DNA from: Candidatus Nanosynbacter lyticus | GTDB taxonomy: Bacteria > Patescibacteriota > Saccharimonadia > Saccharimonadales > Saccharimonadaceae | DNA length: 32,000 nt | Reading direction: 5' to 3' | Assembly (NCBI RefSeq): GCF_000803625.1 | Contig: NZ_CP007496.1 | Coordinates: 510,001-542,000 of the forward strand | Shown here: positions 1 to 9,427 of the stretch, piece after piece | Layout: each line of letters opens with the position of its first letter | How positions within the stretch are numbered: the first letter of the stretch is position 1 | Made by a program: the position numbers and the translations under genes | Notes under the pieces: model-generated | The model's database searches: none | What the model was told of the DNA's origin: nothing | What the model saw: only the letters and a program-made list of their open reading frames with translations

Positions 1-29
1 TTTTAGTAGGACGCTGCGCCAGAAGTACC

Positions 30-518
30 TTATATGCATAATCTTGAACTTCTAGGACTGCACAATTTACGATATTCTTTGGGTATATTTTTTCCATTAA
101 TCCACCGCACCTCAATTATCTCAAAATTACACTTTATATCTTGAGTTGACGCACATGCGGCAAACACCCGAACTGGAAAGGCGAGATACGATTCATGAGA
201 ATTAGCTTTTCCGAGATATCGCAAATTATCTATTTTTATTCCAACCTCTCCCAGGATCTCTCTCGCAGCAGCCTGTTCATAACCCTCATTACGATTCACG
301 CCGCCGCCCGGCAAGGCCCATTCTTGGCGACTAAAGCGACTCTTTACTAGTAAAATATCGCCATCATCACGATAAATAATCACCCGCACGCGATCTTTTT
401 TCGGTCCAAGCTTAAACACCAGTGACATTACGCAGGCAATTCCACGAAAAATTGCTCGCCCAAATACACTGAACATCTTACTAATGACTGATTCTTTATA
501 AGCCATGAAATCCACCAA
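30..518 (-). CDS. Nudix hydrolase
   Basis: Translated ORF has a Nudix-box-like motif GGGVNRNEGYEQAAAREILGEVGI. The 5' end is uncertain; an internal Met (MAYKESV) is possible. Confidence 0.85.
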   Translation of the reverse strand: MVDFMAYKESVISKMFSVFGRAIFRGIACVMSLVFKLGPKKDRVRVIIYRDDGDILLVKSRFSRQEWALPGGGVNRNEGYEQAAAREILGEVGIKIDNLRYLGKANSHESYLAFPVRVFAACASTQDIKCNFEIIEVRWINGKNIPKEYRKLCSPRSSRLCI

Positions 519-548
519 TTTGGTAGAGTTTTTTATTTTAACGATAAC

Positions 549-944
549 TTATTCTGTGGTTACGCCATCAAAATCTTCTTCGTTGGCTTCCGCCTCTTCG
601 CGTGTCGCCCGAACAATGCCATCTTTGTGATGTGCTGGGCTATAAATCGTGTAGAGCTTAAGCGGCTCTTCGCCAGTATTTATCACATTATGCTCAGCAC
701 CTGCTGGCACGATGATAGCGCTACCATCAGACACAACATACTCATTGCCATCAATCAAAACCTTGCCCTGGCCTGCCTCAAATCGGAAAAATTGATCATT
801 CTCCTCATGAATCTCTGAACCAATTTCACCACCAACTGGCAGGCTCATCAATACCAATTGACAATGCTTCGCCGTATACAGCACCTGGCGAAAATTATCA
901 TTCTGCACTGTCAATTCTTCAATATTTCCATTAAAACCCTTCAT
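549..944 (-). CDS. Cupin-domain protein (small single-domain cupin)
   Basis: Motifs EIGSEIHEENDQFFRFEAGQGKVLIDG and IIVPAGAEHNVINTG. Strong SD (AGGAGG) just upstream of the ATG. Confidence 0.9.
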   Translation of the reverse strand: MKGFNGNIEELTVQNDNFRQVLYTAKHCQLVLMSLPVGGEIGSEIHEENDQFFRFEAGQGKVLIDGNEYVVSDGSAIIVPAGAEHNVINTGEEPLKLYTIYSPAHHKDGIVRATREEAEANEEDFDGVTTE

Positions 945-969
945 AAAAATCCTCCTTTTAACTTAATTT

Positions 970-1299
970 CTACTTTGCGGCTTTTTCTAAAGCATCGATC
1001 AGCGTTTGCTTCGGTTTCATGCCAACCATCTCCTCAACAATTTCACCGCCAACAAAAACCTTCATATTCGGAATACCTTGAACGCGATAGTCCATAGCCA
1101 ACTGCGCATTTTCCTGGCTGGCTTCAGTATCGACTTTGACGACATCAAACTCAGTTTCTTCAGCAATTTGATGTAAAATTGGCGCCATCGCTCGGCACGG
1201 CGGACACCATGGCGCCCAAAAATCAACCAGCACTGGCTTGTCGTTTTTTAATACTTTCTCTTCAAATTCTTGTTTTGTTGTAATCTCATATAACGCCAT
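970..1299 (-). CDS. trxA: Thioredoxin
   Basis: VLVDFWAPWCPPCRAMAPIL active-site region and GIPNMKVFVGGEIVEEMVG. The start is set at the internal ATG (MALYEITT) because AGGAGGA lies just upstream and the ATG overlaps the stop of the upstream gene (TAATG). Confidence 0.93.
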   Translation of the reverse strand: MALYEITTKQEFEEKVLKNDKPVLVDFWAPWCPPCRAMAPILHQIAEETEFDVVKVDTEASQENAQLAMDYRVQGIPNMKVFVGGEIVEEMVGMKPKQTLIDALEKAAK

Positions 1300-1691
1300 T
1301 ATTTCCTCCTTTTCTGGCATTTTTTACACATCCCCATTATTACTAACGGTCCATCAAAATAACAATCGTCCATTTCACATGCAATTTGCTTTTTCACTTC
1401 TTCTGCAATTATGATATCTCGCAAATTATCACAATTATCGCACAAAAAATGATCGTGTGGATCTACGCAAGCATCATAACGCAAACAGCCTCGCTTTGTC
1501 GGCGGAGCCAAGCCAATCAACCCATCTCCATGTAGACGTTGAGTAACGCGGTGCACTGTCGTATCACTAACATCAGAGTAAGTATCTCGCAGCACCTGAG
1601 CAATATCCGAATTTGTCGCATGATGTTTATTTTTTAATATCACCAGCACGTCGTTCGTGTATTTTGTTAAGCGCCTAACTACTTGCGTCAT
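1299..1691 (-). CDS. Fur-family (Fur/PerR/Zur-like) transcriptional regulator
   Basis: Winged-helix-like N-terminus (TNSDIAQVLRDTYSDVSDTTVHRVTQRLHGDGLI), HDHFLCDNC metal-binding region and C-terminal CKKC, a four-cysteine pattern typical of Fur-family structural zinc sites. Confidence 0.85.
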   Translation of the reverse strand: MTQVVRRLTKYTNDVLVILKNKHHATNSDIAQVLRDTYSDVSDTTVHRVTQRLHGDGLIGLAPPTKRGCLRYDACVDPHDHFLCDNCDNLRDIIIAEEVKKQIACEMDDCYFDGPLVIMGMCKKCQKRRK

Positions 1692-1696
1692 GTTAC

Positions 1697-1717
1697 TATT
1701 GTAAATTATTTACAATA
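1697..1717. promoter_or_regulatory. Perfect 21-bp palindrome (10-1-10), candidate Fur-family operator overlapping the putative -10 of the Fur-family gene
   Basis: TATTGTAAAT-T-ATTTACAATA, read directly. It contains a 7-1-7 TGTAAAT-T-ATTTACA core and ends 5 nt from the start codon. On the minus strand TACAAT lies 6 nt from the ATG. Confidence 0.6.
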
Positions 1718-1743
1718 AATAAACAAGTGTTTTGCAACAACAA

Positions 1744-1772
1744 TTGACTTAAGATAGCTAATTCAATATAAT
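1744..1772 (+). promoter_or_regulatory. Putative sigma70-type promoter for the ABC transporter gene
   Basis: TTGACT - 17 nt - TATAAT. It predicts a TSS near 1779 and a leader of about 170 nt before the TTG start at 1948. Confidence 0.55.
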
Positions 1773-1947
1773 AACCCAAGTCTATGAACTCAAATGAGTT
1801 CCTCTAATCAAATCAATTTTCATTACTCTATAGCAAATCAACGAGCTATTGTAACATGGTTATTTAAGGGTAATTATTCGTTAGCGACCAAGTATCCGAT
1901 AATAAATAACCAAGCTCATAAACGCCTCTTCATAGAAAGGAGCCAAT

Positions 1948-3720
1948 TTGAAAAATAAATTAAATAACAAAGAAATATTAAGTTTATTTTGGCGAGCATC
2001 ATCACCTTATAAACACCGTCGAAACTTAACGATATTTTTTGCAATCATCACACTTGCCGTTACTATTTTTGTTGGTCCGTTGATTATTGCCCAACTATTA
2101 AGCATCATCCAACATAACCAGCTACACGATTCTAACAATTTATGGATGTTAATTGGCCTATACGGCGTCAGTCAACTGTGGTCAAGCGTCATCGGCTGGC
2201 GTTTAGTTTTATACCTGGCCTGGACATTTGAAACAGCCATGCAGCGCGATTTATACGTACGATGTTTTAGCAAATTAACTAATCAAACTATGTTTTTCCA
2301 CTCCAGTAAATTCAGTGGTTCACTAGTCAGTCAAACCAACAAATTAAGCGGCGCTACCGAGCGTTTTTGGGATACCATTATTTGGTCAATTTTGCCCCTA
2401 GCGATTTCCTTAATTGGCTCAATCATCGTCCTATCTACTCTGCTCTGGCAATACGCATTATTCCTACTAATTCTCTCGATTGTCTTTAGTGTTGTCGTCT
2501 ATTACGGATCTAAGCCAATGGCTAGATTGAACAAGAAGGAGGCTAAAGCTAGCAATAAATTAAGCGGGCAATTGGCGGATGTGCTTTCAAATGTTTTGGC
2601 CGTAAAGTCATCTGGTGCTGAAGCGACAGAACAGCAGCGTTTCAAAAAAACTGTTAGCTCATGGCGCAGCGCCAGCCTTGATACAATGCATGGATTTCTA
2701 AAAGTCAGCACTGTCTACTCAACCATCAATATGTTGATTAAAATAGGAGCAATTATCTTTGCGGTATATGCCGCTCAGCATAACCTAGTTTCAGTAGCCG
2801 CAGTCTACCTTATCATCACTTATACCAGTAGTGTCGCCCACGAACTATGGAACATGAACGGCATTATGCGTAGCTATAACCGTATCATTGGCGACGCCCA
2901 CGAAATGGTAGAAATTCTTCAAACACCAACAACACTGGTTGACCGAAGTGACGCGAAACTTGACGTTACGCGCGGTGGTATCGTAATGGACAATATCACT
3001 TTTACGCACGACGAGGGTCAAGGTGATACACTATTTCATGATTTCTCGCTCAATATTCAGCCGGGTGAAAAAATTGGCCTAGTTGGATCAAGTGGCTCCG
3101 GCAAGACTACCCTGACTAAATTACTATTACGATTTGCCGATATTGACTCGGGCGAGATTACCATCGACTCGCAAGATATTGCCGAGGTTACCCAAGCAAG
3201 CCTGCGCGAACAAATCGCCTACGTGCCGCAAGAGCCACTACTATTTCACCGTTCGGTACGTGAGAATATCGCCTATGGTCAGCCTGACGCGACTGATGCT
3301 GAAATTGAACGTGCCGCCAAAAAAGCTGGCGCCTATGATTTTATTATCAAGCTGCAAGATGGTTTCGATACAATGGTTGGTGAGCGCGGCGTGAAACTGT
3401 CAGGTGGTCAGAGGCAACGTATCGCCATTGCCAGGGCGATTTTGAAAGATGCGCCAATCCTGGTTCTTGATGAAGCGACCTCAGCATTAGACTCAGAATC
3501 AGAAGCACTAATCCAAAAGTCGCTGGAAACTCTAATGAAGGGCCGAACTTCAATTGTCATCGCACACCGCTTATCAACCATCGCCAAGCTGGATCGTATA
3601 ATTGTCTTAGAAAACGGGCACATCGTTGAAGACGGTTCACACGAGCAGCTGCTTGCCAAAAAACGTGGCGTTTATGCAAAACTGTGGGCACGGCAGTCCG
3701 GCGGATTCATTGAAGAGTAG
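1948..3720 (+). CDS. ABC transporter, fused transmembrane and ATPase domains (exporter type)
   Basis: Walker A GSSGSGKTT, signature LSGGQRQR, Walker B ILVLDEATSALD, and an N-terminal multi-TM region. TTG start preceded by AAAGGAG. Confidence 0.95.
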   Translation: MKNKLNNKEILSLFWRASSPYKHRRNLTIFFAIITLAVTIFVGPLIIAQLLSIIQHNQLHDSNNLWMLIGLYGVSQLWSSVIGWRLVLYLAWTFETAMQRDLYVRCFSKLTNQTMFFHSSKFSGSLVSQTNKLSGATERFWDTIIWSILPLAISLIGSIIVLSTLLWQYALFLLILSIVFSVVVYYGSKPMARLNKKEAKASNKLSGQLADVLSNVLAVKSSGAEATEQQRFKKTVSSWRSASLDTMHGFLKVSTVYSTINMLIKIGAIIFAVYAAQHNLVSVAAVYLIITYTSSVAHELWNMNGIMRSYNRIIGDAHEMVEILQTPTTLVDRSDAKLDVTRGGIVMDNITFTHDEGQGDTLFHDFSLNIQPGEKIGLVGSSGSGKTTLTKLLLRFADIDSGEITIDSQDIAEVTQASLREQIAYVPQEPLLFHRSVRENIAYGQPDATDAEIERAAKKAGAYDFIIKLQDGFDTMVGERGVKLSGGQRQRIAIARAILKDAPILVLDEATSALDSESEALIQKSLETLMKGRTSIVIAHRLSTIAKLDRIIVLENGHIVEDGSHEQLLAKKRGVYAKLWARQSGGFIEE

Positions 3721-3758
3721 GCAAATTTATCGCATTATAATTATGCTATAATTGACGT

Positions 3759-4409
3759 ATGGAATCTTTCATTCACTTGATTACGAGCTTTGGTGTAATA
3801 GCAATTTTATTAGTAGTTTTCGCAGAGTCTGGACTGCTGATTGGATTTGTACTACCGGGAGATAGTTTACTTTTTACTTCCGGCTACATGGTGCAACAAA
3901 ATATTCTACATATTGATATTCATATTTTTGCACTTTTAATTTTTATTGCAGCAGTGTTAGGAGACAGTGTTGGCTATAGTTTTGGTCATAAGGTTGGGAG
4001 AAAATTATTCGAGAAAGAAAACTCTCGCTTTTTCAAGAAAAAATATTTAGAGCAAACTGAAAAATTCTACGATAAGCACGGCTCAGTTACCATCGTCCTA
4101 GCTAGGTTTGTGCCAATTGTGAGAACTTTTGCGCCAATTGTTGCCGGTGCTAGTAAAATGCATTATAAAACTTTCCTAGCCTTTAATATTGTGGGAGGTT
4201 TTCTATGGTCATCGCTATTTGTCTATCTAGGTTTTTATGCCGGCGAATTCCTCACCAAAGCTGGTGTTAACATCGAAGTCGCCGCAATCCTCATCATCTT
4301 CTTGTCAGTCCTGCCAATGCTTATCCACGCACTGAAACAGCCAAACACTCGCGCTCTACTGCGCAAACAACTACTGATACTACTCACAAAAACTAAACGC
4401 AAGAAATAG
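3759..4409 (+). CDS. DedA-family (SNARE-associated) membrane protein
   Basis: Motifs GFVLPGDSLLFTSGY, GDSVGYSFGHKVGRKLF and RFVPIVRTFAPIVAGASKM, with hydrophobic segments. Confidence 0.92.
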   Translation: MESFIHLITSFGVIAILLVVFAESGLLIGFVLPGDSLLFTSGYMVQQNILHIDIHIFALLIFIAAVLGDSVGYSFGHKVGRKLFEKENSRFFKKKYLEQTEKFYDKHGSVTIVLARFVPIVRTFAPIVAGASKMHYKTFLAFNIVGGFLWSSLFVYLGFYAGEFLTKAGVNIEVAAILIIFLSVLPMLIHALKQPNTRALLRKQLLILLTKTKRKK

Positions 4410-4411
4410 AT

Positions 4412-7222
4412 CTAAAGCATTTTCTTAAGATACTTACCGGTAAAGGACTCTGGTGCTTTAGTGATGTCTTCAGGAGTACCGCTAGCCACCACCGTACCGC
4501 CACCAATTCCACCTTCAGGCCCCATATCAATCACCCAGTCAGCCGACTTGATGACATCCAGATTATGCTCAATAATAATCATACTATTACCGCCGTCAAC
4601 CAGCTGCTGCAAAATCCCCAGCAATCGCTTAACGTCAGCCGAGTGAAGCCCGGTTGTTGGCTCGTCTAGAATATACATAGTTTTTCCAGTGGATCGCTTA
4701 GACAACTCTGTCGCTAGTTTAATCCGCTGCGCCTCACCACCAGAAAAAGTAGTTGCCGGCTGACCGAGCTTAATATAGCCCAGACCAACCTCCACTAACG
4801 TCTGTAATTTCCGGGCAATATTAGGCACGCTGTCAAAAAAGCTCGCAGCCTGGTCAATGGTCATATCTAACACGTCAGCAATTGTCTTATCTTTATATTT
4901 AATCTCCAACGCCTCACGGTTATAGCGTTTGCCATGACATTCGTCACACTGAACATAAACATCCGGTAAAAAGTGCATTTCAATTTTTATCACACCATCA
5001 CCCTGGCAATTTTCGCAGCGACCGCCCTTGACGTTAAAACTGAACCGCCCAGCTTTATAGCCGCGAACATTAGCCTCAGGCGTGCTAGCAAATAGCTCAC
5101 GAATTGGCGTAAAAATGCCAGTGTAGGTTGCTGGATTAGAGCGCGGCGTGCGGCCAATTGGTGACTGGTCGATGACAATAGCTTTATCCAGCAGGTTAAC
5201 GCCATCAATTGTTTTATGTAGACCAGGAGCCGTAGTTGACCTATTAAGTCGCGCCGCCAACTCACGAGCTACAATATCGTTAACTAGTGTCGATTTACCG
5301 CTACCCGAAACTCCTGACACCACTGTCATTAGCCCCAGCGGAAACGCCACATCGATATTCTTCAGATTATTTTCGCGAGCACCCCGAACAACCAATTGCC
5401 TGTCCTTCATAATCTTACGCCGCTTTTTTGGTACGGCAATTTTTTCTACACCCGATAAATAGCGGCCAGTAATGCTATCTTGGTTCTTTGCCACCACATC
5501 AGGTGCACCCGTTGCCACTACTCGACCGCCATTCACGCCAGCACCCGGTCCCATATCAACCAGAAAATCACTTTGCCGAATAGTGTCTTCATCATGCTCA
5601 ACTACCAGCACAGAATTACCTAAATCACGAAGACGTTTTAGCATGTCAATCAATTTGTCATTATCACGTTGATGCAAGCCAATTGACGGCTCATCAAGCA
5701 CGTAAAGCACGCCCTGCAGCCCAGCCCCAATCTGCGTCGCCAGCCTAATTCGCTGCGCCTCTCCACCACTTAACGTATTAGCTGCCCGACTTAGTTCCAA
5801 ATAGTTCAGGCCAACATTACTCATAAACGTCAAGCGCGACTTAATCTCCTTTAAAATAAGCCGCGCAATGGCCATCTCTTGCTCAGTTAGATTCAATTTA
5901 TTAAACAAATCCAACGCGTCATCGACACTCAAATCGCACACATCGACAATATTCAAATCATGGACCGTGACCGCCAAAACTGCTGGCTTTAAGCGCGCAC
6001 CCCTACACGCATAACAATCCCGCTCGCGCATAAACCGCTCAATATCCCGCCGCACAAAATCACTATCAGTTTCTCGCCAGCGCCGTTCCAAATTAGGAAT
6101 AACCCCCTCATACGTCGTTTCGTAGTGTCGCCCACCACCCAACTCTACACGATATTTCTGATCGCCAGTACCGTATAAAATCTTCTGCTTAGCATCATCG
6201 GGTAATTTGCCTACCGGTACTCGCAAGCTAAAATCATGCGCCTCGCTCACAGACGCTAGCCGCTTCATATTCCAAGCATCAGAATTCATCCTATTATACG
6301 GCCGAATCGCACCCTCAGAAATTGTCAAATTATTATTAAAAACCAATTCCGGGTCAATCTCCAGCCTTGACCCCAAACCAGTACATGTCGGGCAAGCACC
6401 CTGTGGAGCGTTAAAGCTAAACAGCCTTGGCTCTAACTCTGGAATATCAACGTCAGGATGGTCAACACAAGCATATCGTTGCGAAAATGTTTTTACATCA
6501 CCGCTATCAGCCTCTAAAACCTCGAGGACTCCTTGCCCAAGTTCTAGCGACTGCTCGACACTCTGACTTAAGCGTGAACGCATTTCACCACTCAGAGCCA
6601 ATCGATCAACCACCAACTCAATATTATGCTTGTAACTTTTTTGCAATTCTGGAAACTCATCTAGCGCATACACTACGCCGTCAACGCGCACTCTGGCATA
6701 ACCAAGCCGCTGATATTGCTCTGGAATATGCGCAAACTCACCCTTTTTATTTTTGACAATTGGTGCCAATAGTAAAATTCGCTTATCAACAAATTGCCGT
6801 AAAATCTCATCAATAATCGTCTCAGCCGTGCGCCGTGTCACTTCATTGCCACAAACTGGACAATGCGGTACGCCAATTCTGGCAAACAACAGTCGCAAAT
6901 AATCATAAATTTCTGTCACCGTCGCCACTGTGGAGCGCGGGTTGCGGCTAGTTGATTTCTGGTCGATTGAAATAGCTGGACTTAGACCTTCAATTGAATC
7001 AACATCAGGCTTATCCATCGTCCCTAAAAACTGACGAGCGTACGAGTTTAAGCTCTCCATATAGCGACGCTGACCTTCAGCATAAATCGTATCAAACGCT
7101 AGACTGGATTTGCCTGATCCGCTCAGCCCCGTAATCACAACTAATTTATCACGTGGAATCTCAATATCCACGTTCCTTAAATTATGTTCACGAGCGCCTT
7201 TGACGCGAATCACCTCTGCCAT
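4412..7222 (-). CDS. uvrA: Excinuclease ABC subunit A (UvrA)
   Basis: 936-aa ORF: [26 protein letters not shown], zinc motifs CPVCGNE and [29 protein letters not shown], and two ABC signature and Walker B regions ([23 protein letters not shown]). Confidence 0.98.
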   Translation of the reverse strand: MAEVIRVKGAREHNLRNVDIEIPRDKLVVITGLSGSGKSSLAFDTIYAEGQRRYMESLNSYARQFLGTMDKPDVDSIEGLSPAISIDQKSTSRNPRSTVATVTEIYDYLRLLFARIGVPHCPVCGNEVTRRTAETIIDEILRQFVDKRILLLAPIVKNKKGEFAHIPEQYQRLGYARVRVDGVVYALDEFPELQKSYKHNIELVVDRLALSGEMRSRLSQSVEQSLELGQGVLEVLEADSGDVKTFSQRYACVDHPDVDIPELEPRLFSFNAPQGACPTCTGLGSRLEIDPELVFNNNLTISEGAIRPYNRMNSDAWNMKRLASVSEAHDFSLRVPVGKLPDDAKQKILYGTGDQKYRVELGGGRHYETTYEGVIPNLERRWRETDSDFVRRDIERFMRERDCYACRGARLKPAVLAVTVHDLNIVDVCDLSVDDALDLFNKLNLTEQEMAIARLILKEIKSRLTFMSNVGLNYLELSRAANTLSGGEAQRIRLATQIGAGLQGVLYVLDEPSIGLHQRDNDKLIDMLKRLRDLGNSVLVVEHDEDTIRQSDFLVDMGPGAGVNGGRVVATGAPDVVAKNQDSITGRYLSGVEKIAVPKKRRKIMKDRQLVVRGARENNLKNIDVAFPLGLMTVVSGVSGSGKSTLVNDIVARELAARLNRSTTAPGLHKTIDGVNLLDKAIVIDQSPIGRTPRSNPATYTGIFTPIRELFASTPEANVRGYKAGRFSFNVKGGRCENCQGDGVIKIEMHFLPDVYVQCDECHGKRYNREALEIKYKDKTIADVLDMTIDQAASFFDSVPNIARKLQTLVEVGLGYIKLGQPATTFSGGEAQRIKLATELSKRSTGKTMYILDEPTTGLHSADVKRLLGILQQLVDGGNSMIIIEHNLDVIKSADWVIDMGPEGGIGGGTVVASGTPEDITKAPESFTGKYLKKML

Positions 7223-7307
7223 AACCGCTATATTATATAGGTTTTTAACTAATTTTTCCAGCCTAAGTGCTAATGTAAATCTAATTTAAAACATATTATG
7301 CTTATGA

Positions 7308-7336
7308 TTGCAAGTGAATATCTTATTTGTTACAGT
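7308..7336 (+). promoter_or_regulatory. Putative promoter for the 7344 gene, possibly leaderless
   Basis: TTGCAA - 17 nt - TACAGT, 7 nt from ATG 7344, with no SD. Confidence 0.5.
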
Positions 7337-7343
7337 TAAATTT

Positions 7344-7730
7344 ATGAGAAAGTTGGGCATTTACTTAATTGTGATATCTGGAGCGATATTGATCGCACCT
7401 TTTATGGTTGACCAACTATTTTTCTTCTTTTTCATCGGCAAAATCCCCTTCACCAACATCCACTTATCGGCAATTTCGATGGTTATTTTCTGGGCGGCCA
7501 CCATACCGCTAGCTATTATTCTTAGGAAGTCGTTATCGGCGCTAGTTTGGAAAATTATTGATGTCGCTAGCGAACTCACCCAACGACGCATAAATCGGAC
7601 ATTTCGTCAGTTTACGCCAGATCGAAAAAACGAACTTGCTCTAGTGGCGACTTACCTTCTTTACCAAACAAAGAAGAGCGAGCCTGGCTCCAATATTGAA
7701 CCTCAAAAGCTCGCTCCGTCTTTAACTTAA
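7344..7730 (+). CDS. Small membrane protein of unknown function
   Basis: ORF with two hydrophobic segments. Start chosen at ATG 7344 (MRKLGIYLIV) instead of the TTG at 7308, because TTGCAA-17-TACAGT lies immediately upstream of 7344 and the TTG at 7308 falls inside the -35. Confidence 0.7.
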   Translation: MRKLGIYLIVISGAILIAPFMVDQLFFFFFIGKIPFTNIHLSAISMVIFWAATIPLAIILRKSLSALVWKIIDVASELTQRRINRTFRQFTPDRKNELALVATYLLYQTKKSEPGSNIEPQKLAPSLT

Positions 7731-7741
7731 TTAGTCATTAA

Positions 7742-9364
7742 TTAAATATATCGTTTTAAAACTATTCCGCCGGCAATAACTACGATAGCTAAACCACCAA
7801 TCGCCCAAACAGAAGCTCCTGTATTGGCAAGACCTCCAGATTTACCACCCTTAGGAGTGATGCCTGCTGGATTAGATGCTGCACCCGCTGGAGTAGCTGG
7901 AGATGCAGGATCATTCACTACGCCGAAATAAACTGGGTCAGTAATGACACTGTTTGCAGTATGGTCATCGTCATTATTAGCACCGTCGACCACTTTATAT
8001 GACACTGTCGTAACTGTCTTACCGGCAATAGTTTCATTTTTAATTACAGCTTGGCTAGTTATATCCTGTAGATTAGCCGTAGCTGAATCCTTTTTATAAA
8101 CTCGCACCTTCGAAACGTCATATTGGCTTGCAAGAGACACTGTAATATCTGACGAGGCCGACGCTTGGGTACAATTAATATTGAACGATAAGCCTCCCAA
8201 AATCTTTATTCGCGCCTCGGTAGGTGTAATACCGTCAGCAGACAGAGACTTAACTGATGAGGCGACAATGTCATAGCAACGAAGCGATTTAGCCGCAATA
8301 GTAGACTTAGCTACTGCATTATCTGTGTTTGCTGGAGCAGACTTTGTACTTACGTCAAAAGTCTTAGTCTGAGTTAATTGTAGTGTGCCTAAACGATAGA
8401 TGTTATTATTTGCTGTTGCAAAGATTTTAGAGCCATCAGCGGTCATTGAGATAGAACCACCTTCAAATTTTTCACTACCCCACTGTTGCCAAGTCTTACC
8501 ACCGTCTACCGATGAAGCGACCGGTGCCCATGACGGATAGTAACTATCTGGCTCAAGGGTGACAAATAATCTTTTACCGTCATTGCTAATACCTATCCGT
8601 GAGACGTCATTAGACGAAACCTCATGACCTGGTATCGGAGAGATTGAGCTCCAATTAGTACCCCCATCAACCGAAACCTTTTTGCCATCAAATATACTAG
8701 CACCATTAGCACTAAAAGCTGCGCCAAAATGAGCTCCGTCTTTGACAATCTCCCAGGTTGCACCATAATCTGTTGATTGCTTGAGGTCACCATAAGTCGT
8801 AAGCATCATCTTACCGCCGTTGAATACAGCATTAGGACATTCATCACCCTTTTGCACCCAAGTCTGACCATTATCCCTGGAGACATACAGAGGTCCGCCG
8901 TACCCACACTTGGTCAAAGTAGAGCCGTCAGGACTCATGCGTAGACTTGCATCACTTTCTACTGGTGCGGCTGGAGTCGTCCAGCTACTACCGCCATCAG
9001 TGGATACATAAATGTTATTTTGTCCATATTTGCCTTGTACTACCAACTTGGAGCCGTCTGTATTTGTCAATAAGTTAATTGCCCCTTCTGGCGCTGCGCT
9101 ACTGCTCCAGTTTGCGCCGCCATCAGTAGAAACCAGAAGCTTCCGATCATTAAAAGTGGCACCCTCCTGCAGCACAATCAACTTCGAACCATCAGAGCTA
9201 ATACGTGACTCTTTGACCTTACCGCCTGGTATCGTTATATCCTTCCAGCTATATGCAGCCTCTGCCTTAGCGAAAGGCGCAAACATCGCAGCCAAAGAGA
9301 CTACAGACACAGCAAAGAAAATTGATATGCCTCCATATATTTTACGTTTCTTTCTAGACGACAT
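7742..9364 (-). CDS. Secreted BNR/sialidase-type repeat protein with choice-of-anchor-like region and C-terminal LANTG sorting-like signal
   Basis: N-terminal hydrophobic segment, Asp-box-like repeats (STDGGANW, STDGGSSW, SRDNGQTW, STDYGATW, SVDGGTNW, SVDGGKTW), VDGANNDDDHTANSVITDP, and C-terminus LANTGASVWAIGGLAIVVIAGGIVLKRYI. AGGAGG SD. Confidence 0.8.
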   Translation of the reverse strand: MSSRKKRKIYGGISIFFAVSVVSLAAMFAPFAKAEAAYSWKDITIPGGKVKESRISSDGSKLIVLQEGATFNDRKLLVSTDGGANWSSSAAPEGAINLLTNTDGSKLVVQGKYGQNNIYVSTDGGSSWTTPAAPVESDASLRMSPDGSTLTKCGYGGPLYVSRDNGQTWVQKGDECPNAVFNGGKMMLTTYGDLKQSTDYGATWEIVKDGAHFGAAFSANGASIFDGKKVSVDGGTNWSSISPIPGHEVSSNDVSRIGISNDGKRLFVTLEPDSYYPSWAPVASSVDGGKTWQQWGSEKFEGGSISMTADGSKIFATANNNIYRLGTLQLTQTKTFDVSTKSAPANTDNAVAKSTIAAKSLRCYDIVASSVKSLSADGITPTEARIKILGGLSFNINCTQASASSDITVSLASQYDVSKVRVYKKDSATANLQDITSQAVIKNETIAGKTVTTVSYKVVDGANNDDDHTANSVITDPVYFGVVNDPASPATPAGAASNPAGITPKGGKSGGLANTGASVWAIGGLAIVVIAGGIVLKRYI

Positions 9365-9427
9365 TAGTCACCCTCCTGTTAAGTTAATATAATTCAAATA
9401 GCATAACCATAATATCACAGCTAGAGA

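Noticed and set aside
1768-1925. Possible imperfect direct repeat (ATAATAA..CCAAG..TCAT/CTAT..AAAC) upstream of the ABC gene
   Set aside because: Similarity by eye is short and gapped in AT-rich DNA, so I could not separate it from chance.
4461-6756. Plus-strand ORFs (61-119 aa) opposite uvrA
   Set aside because: They sit inside an unambiguous uvrA on the other strand and have no domain-like sequence; a by-product of codon structure.
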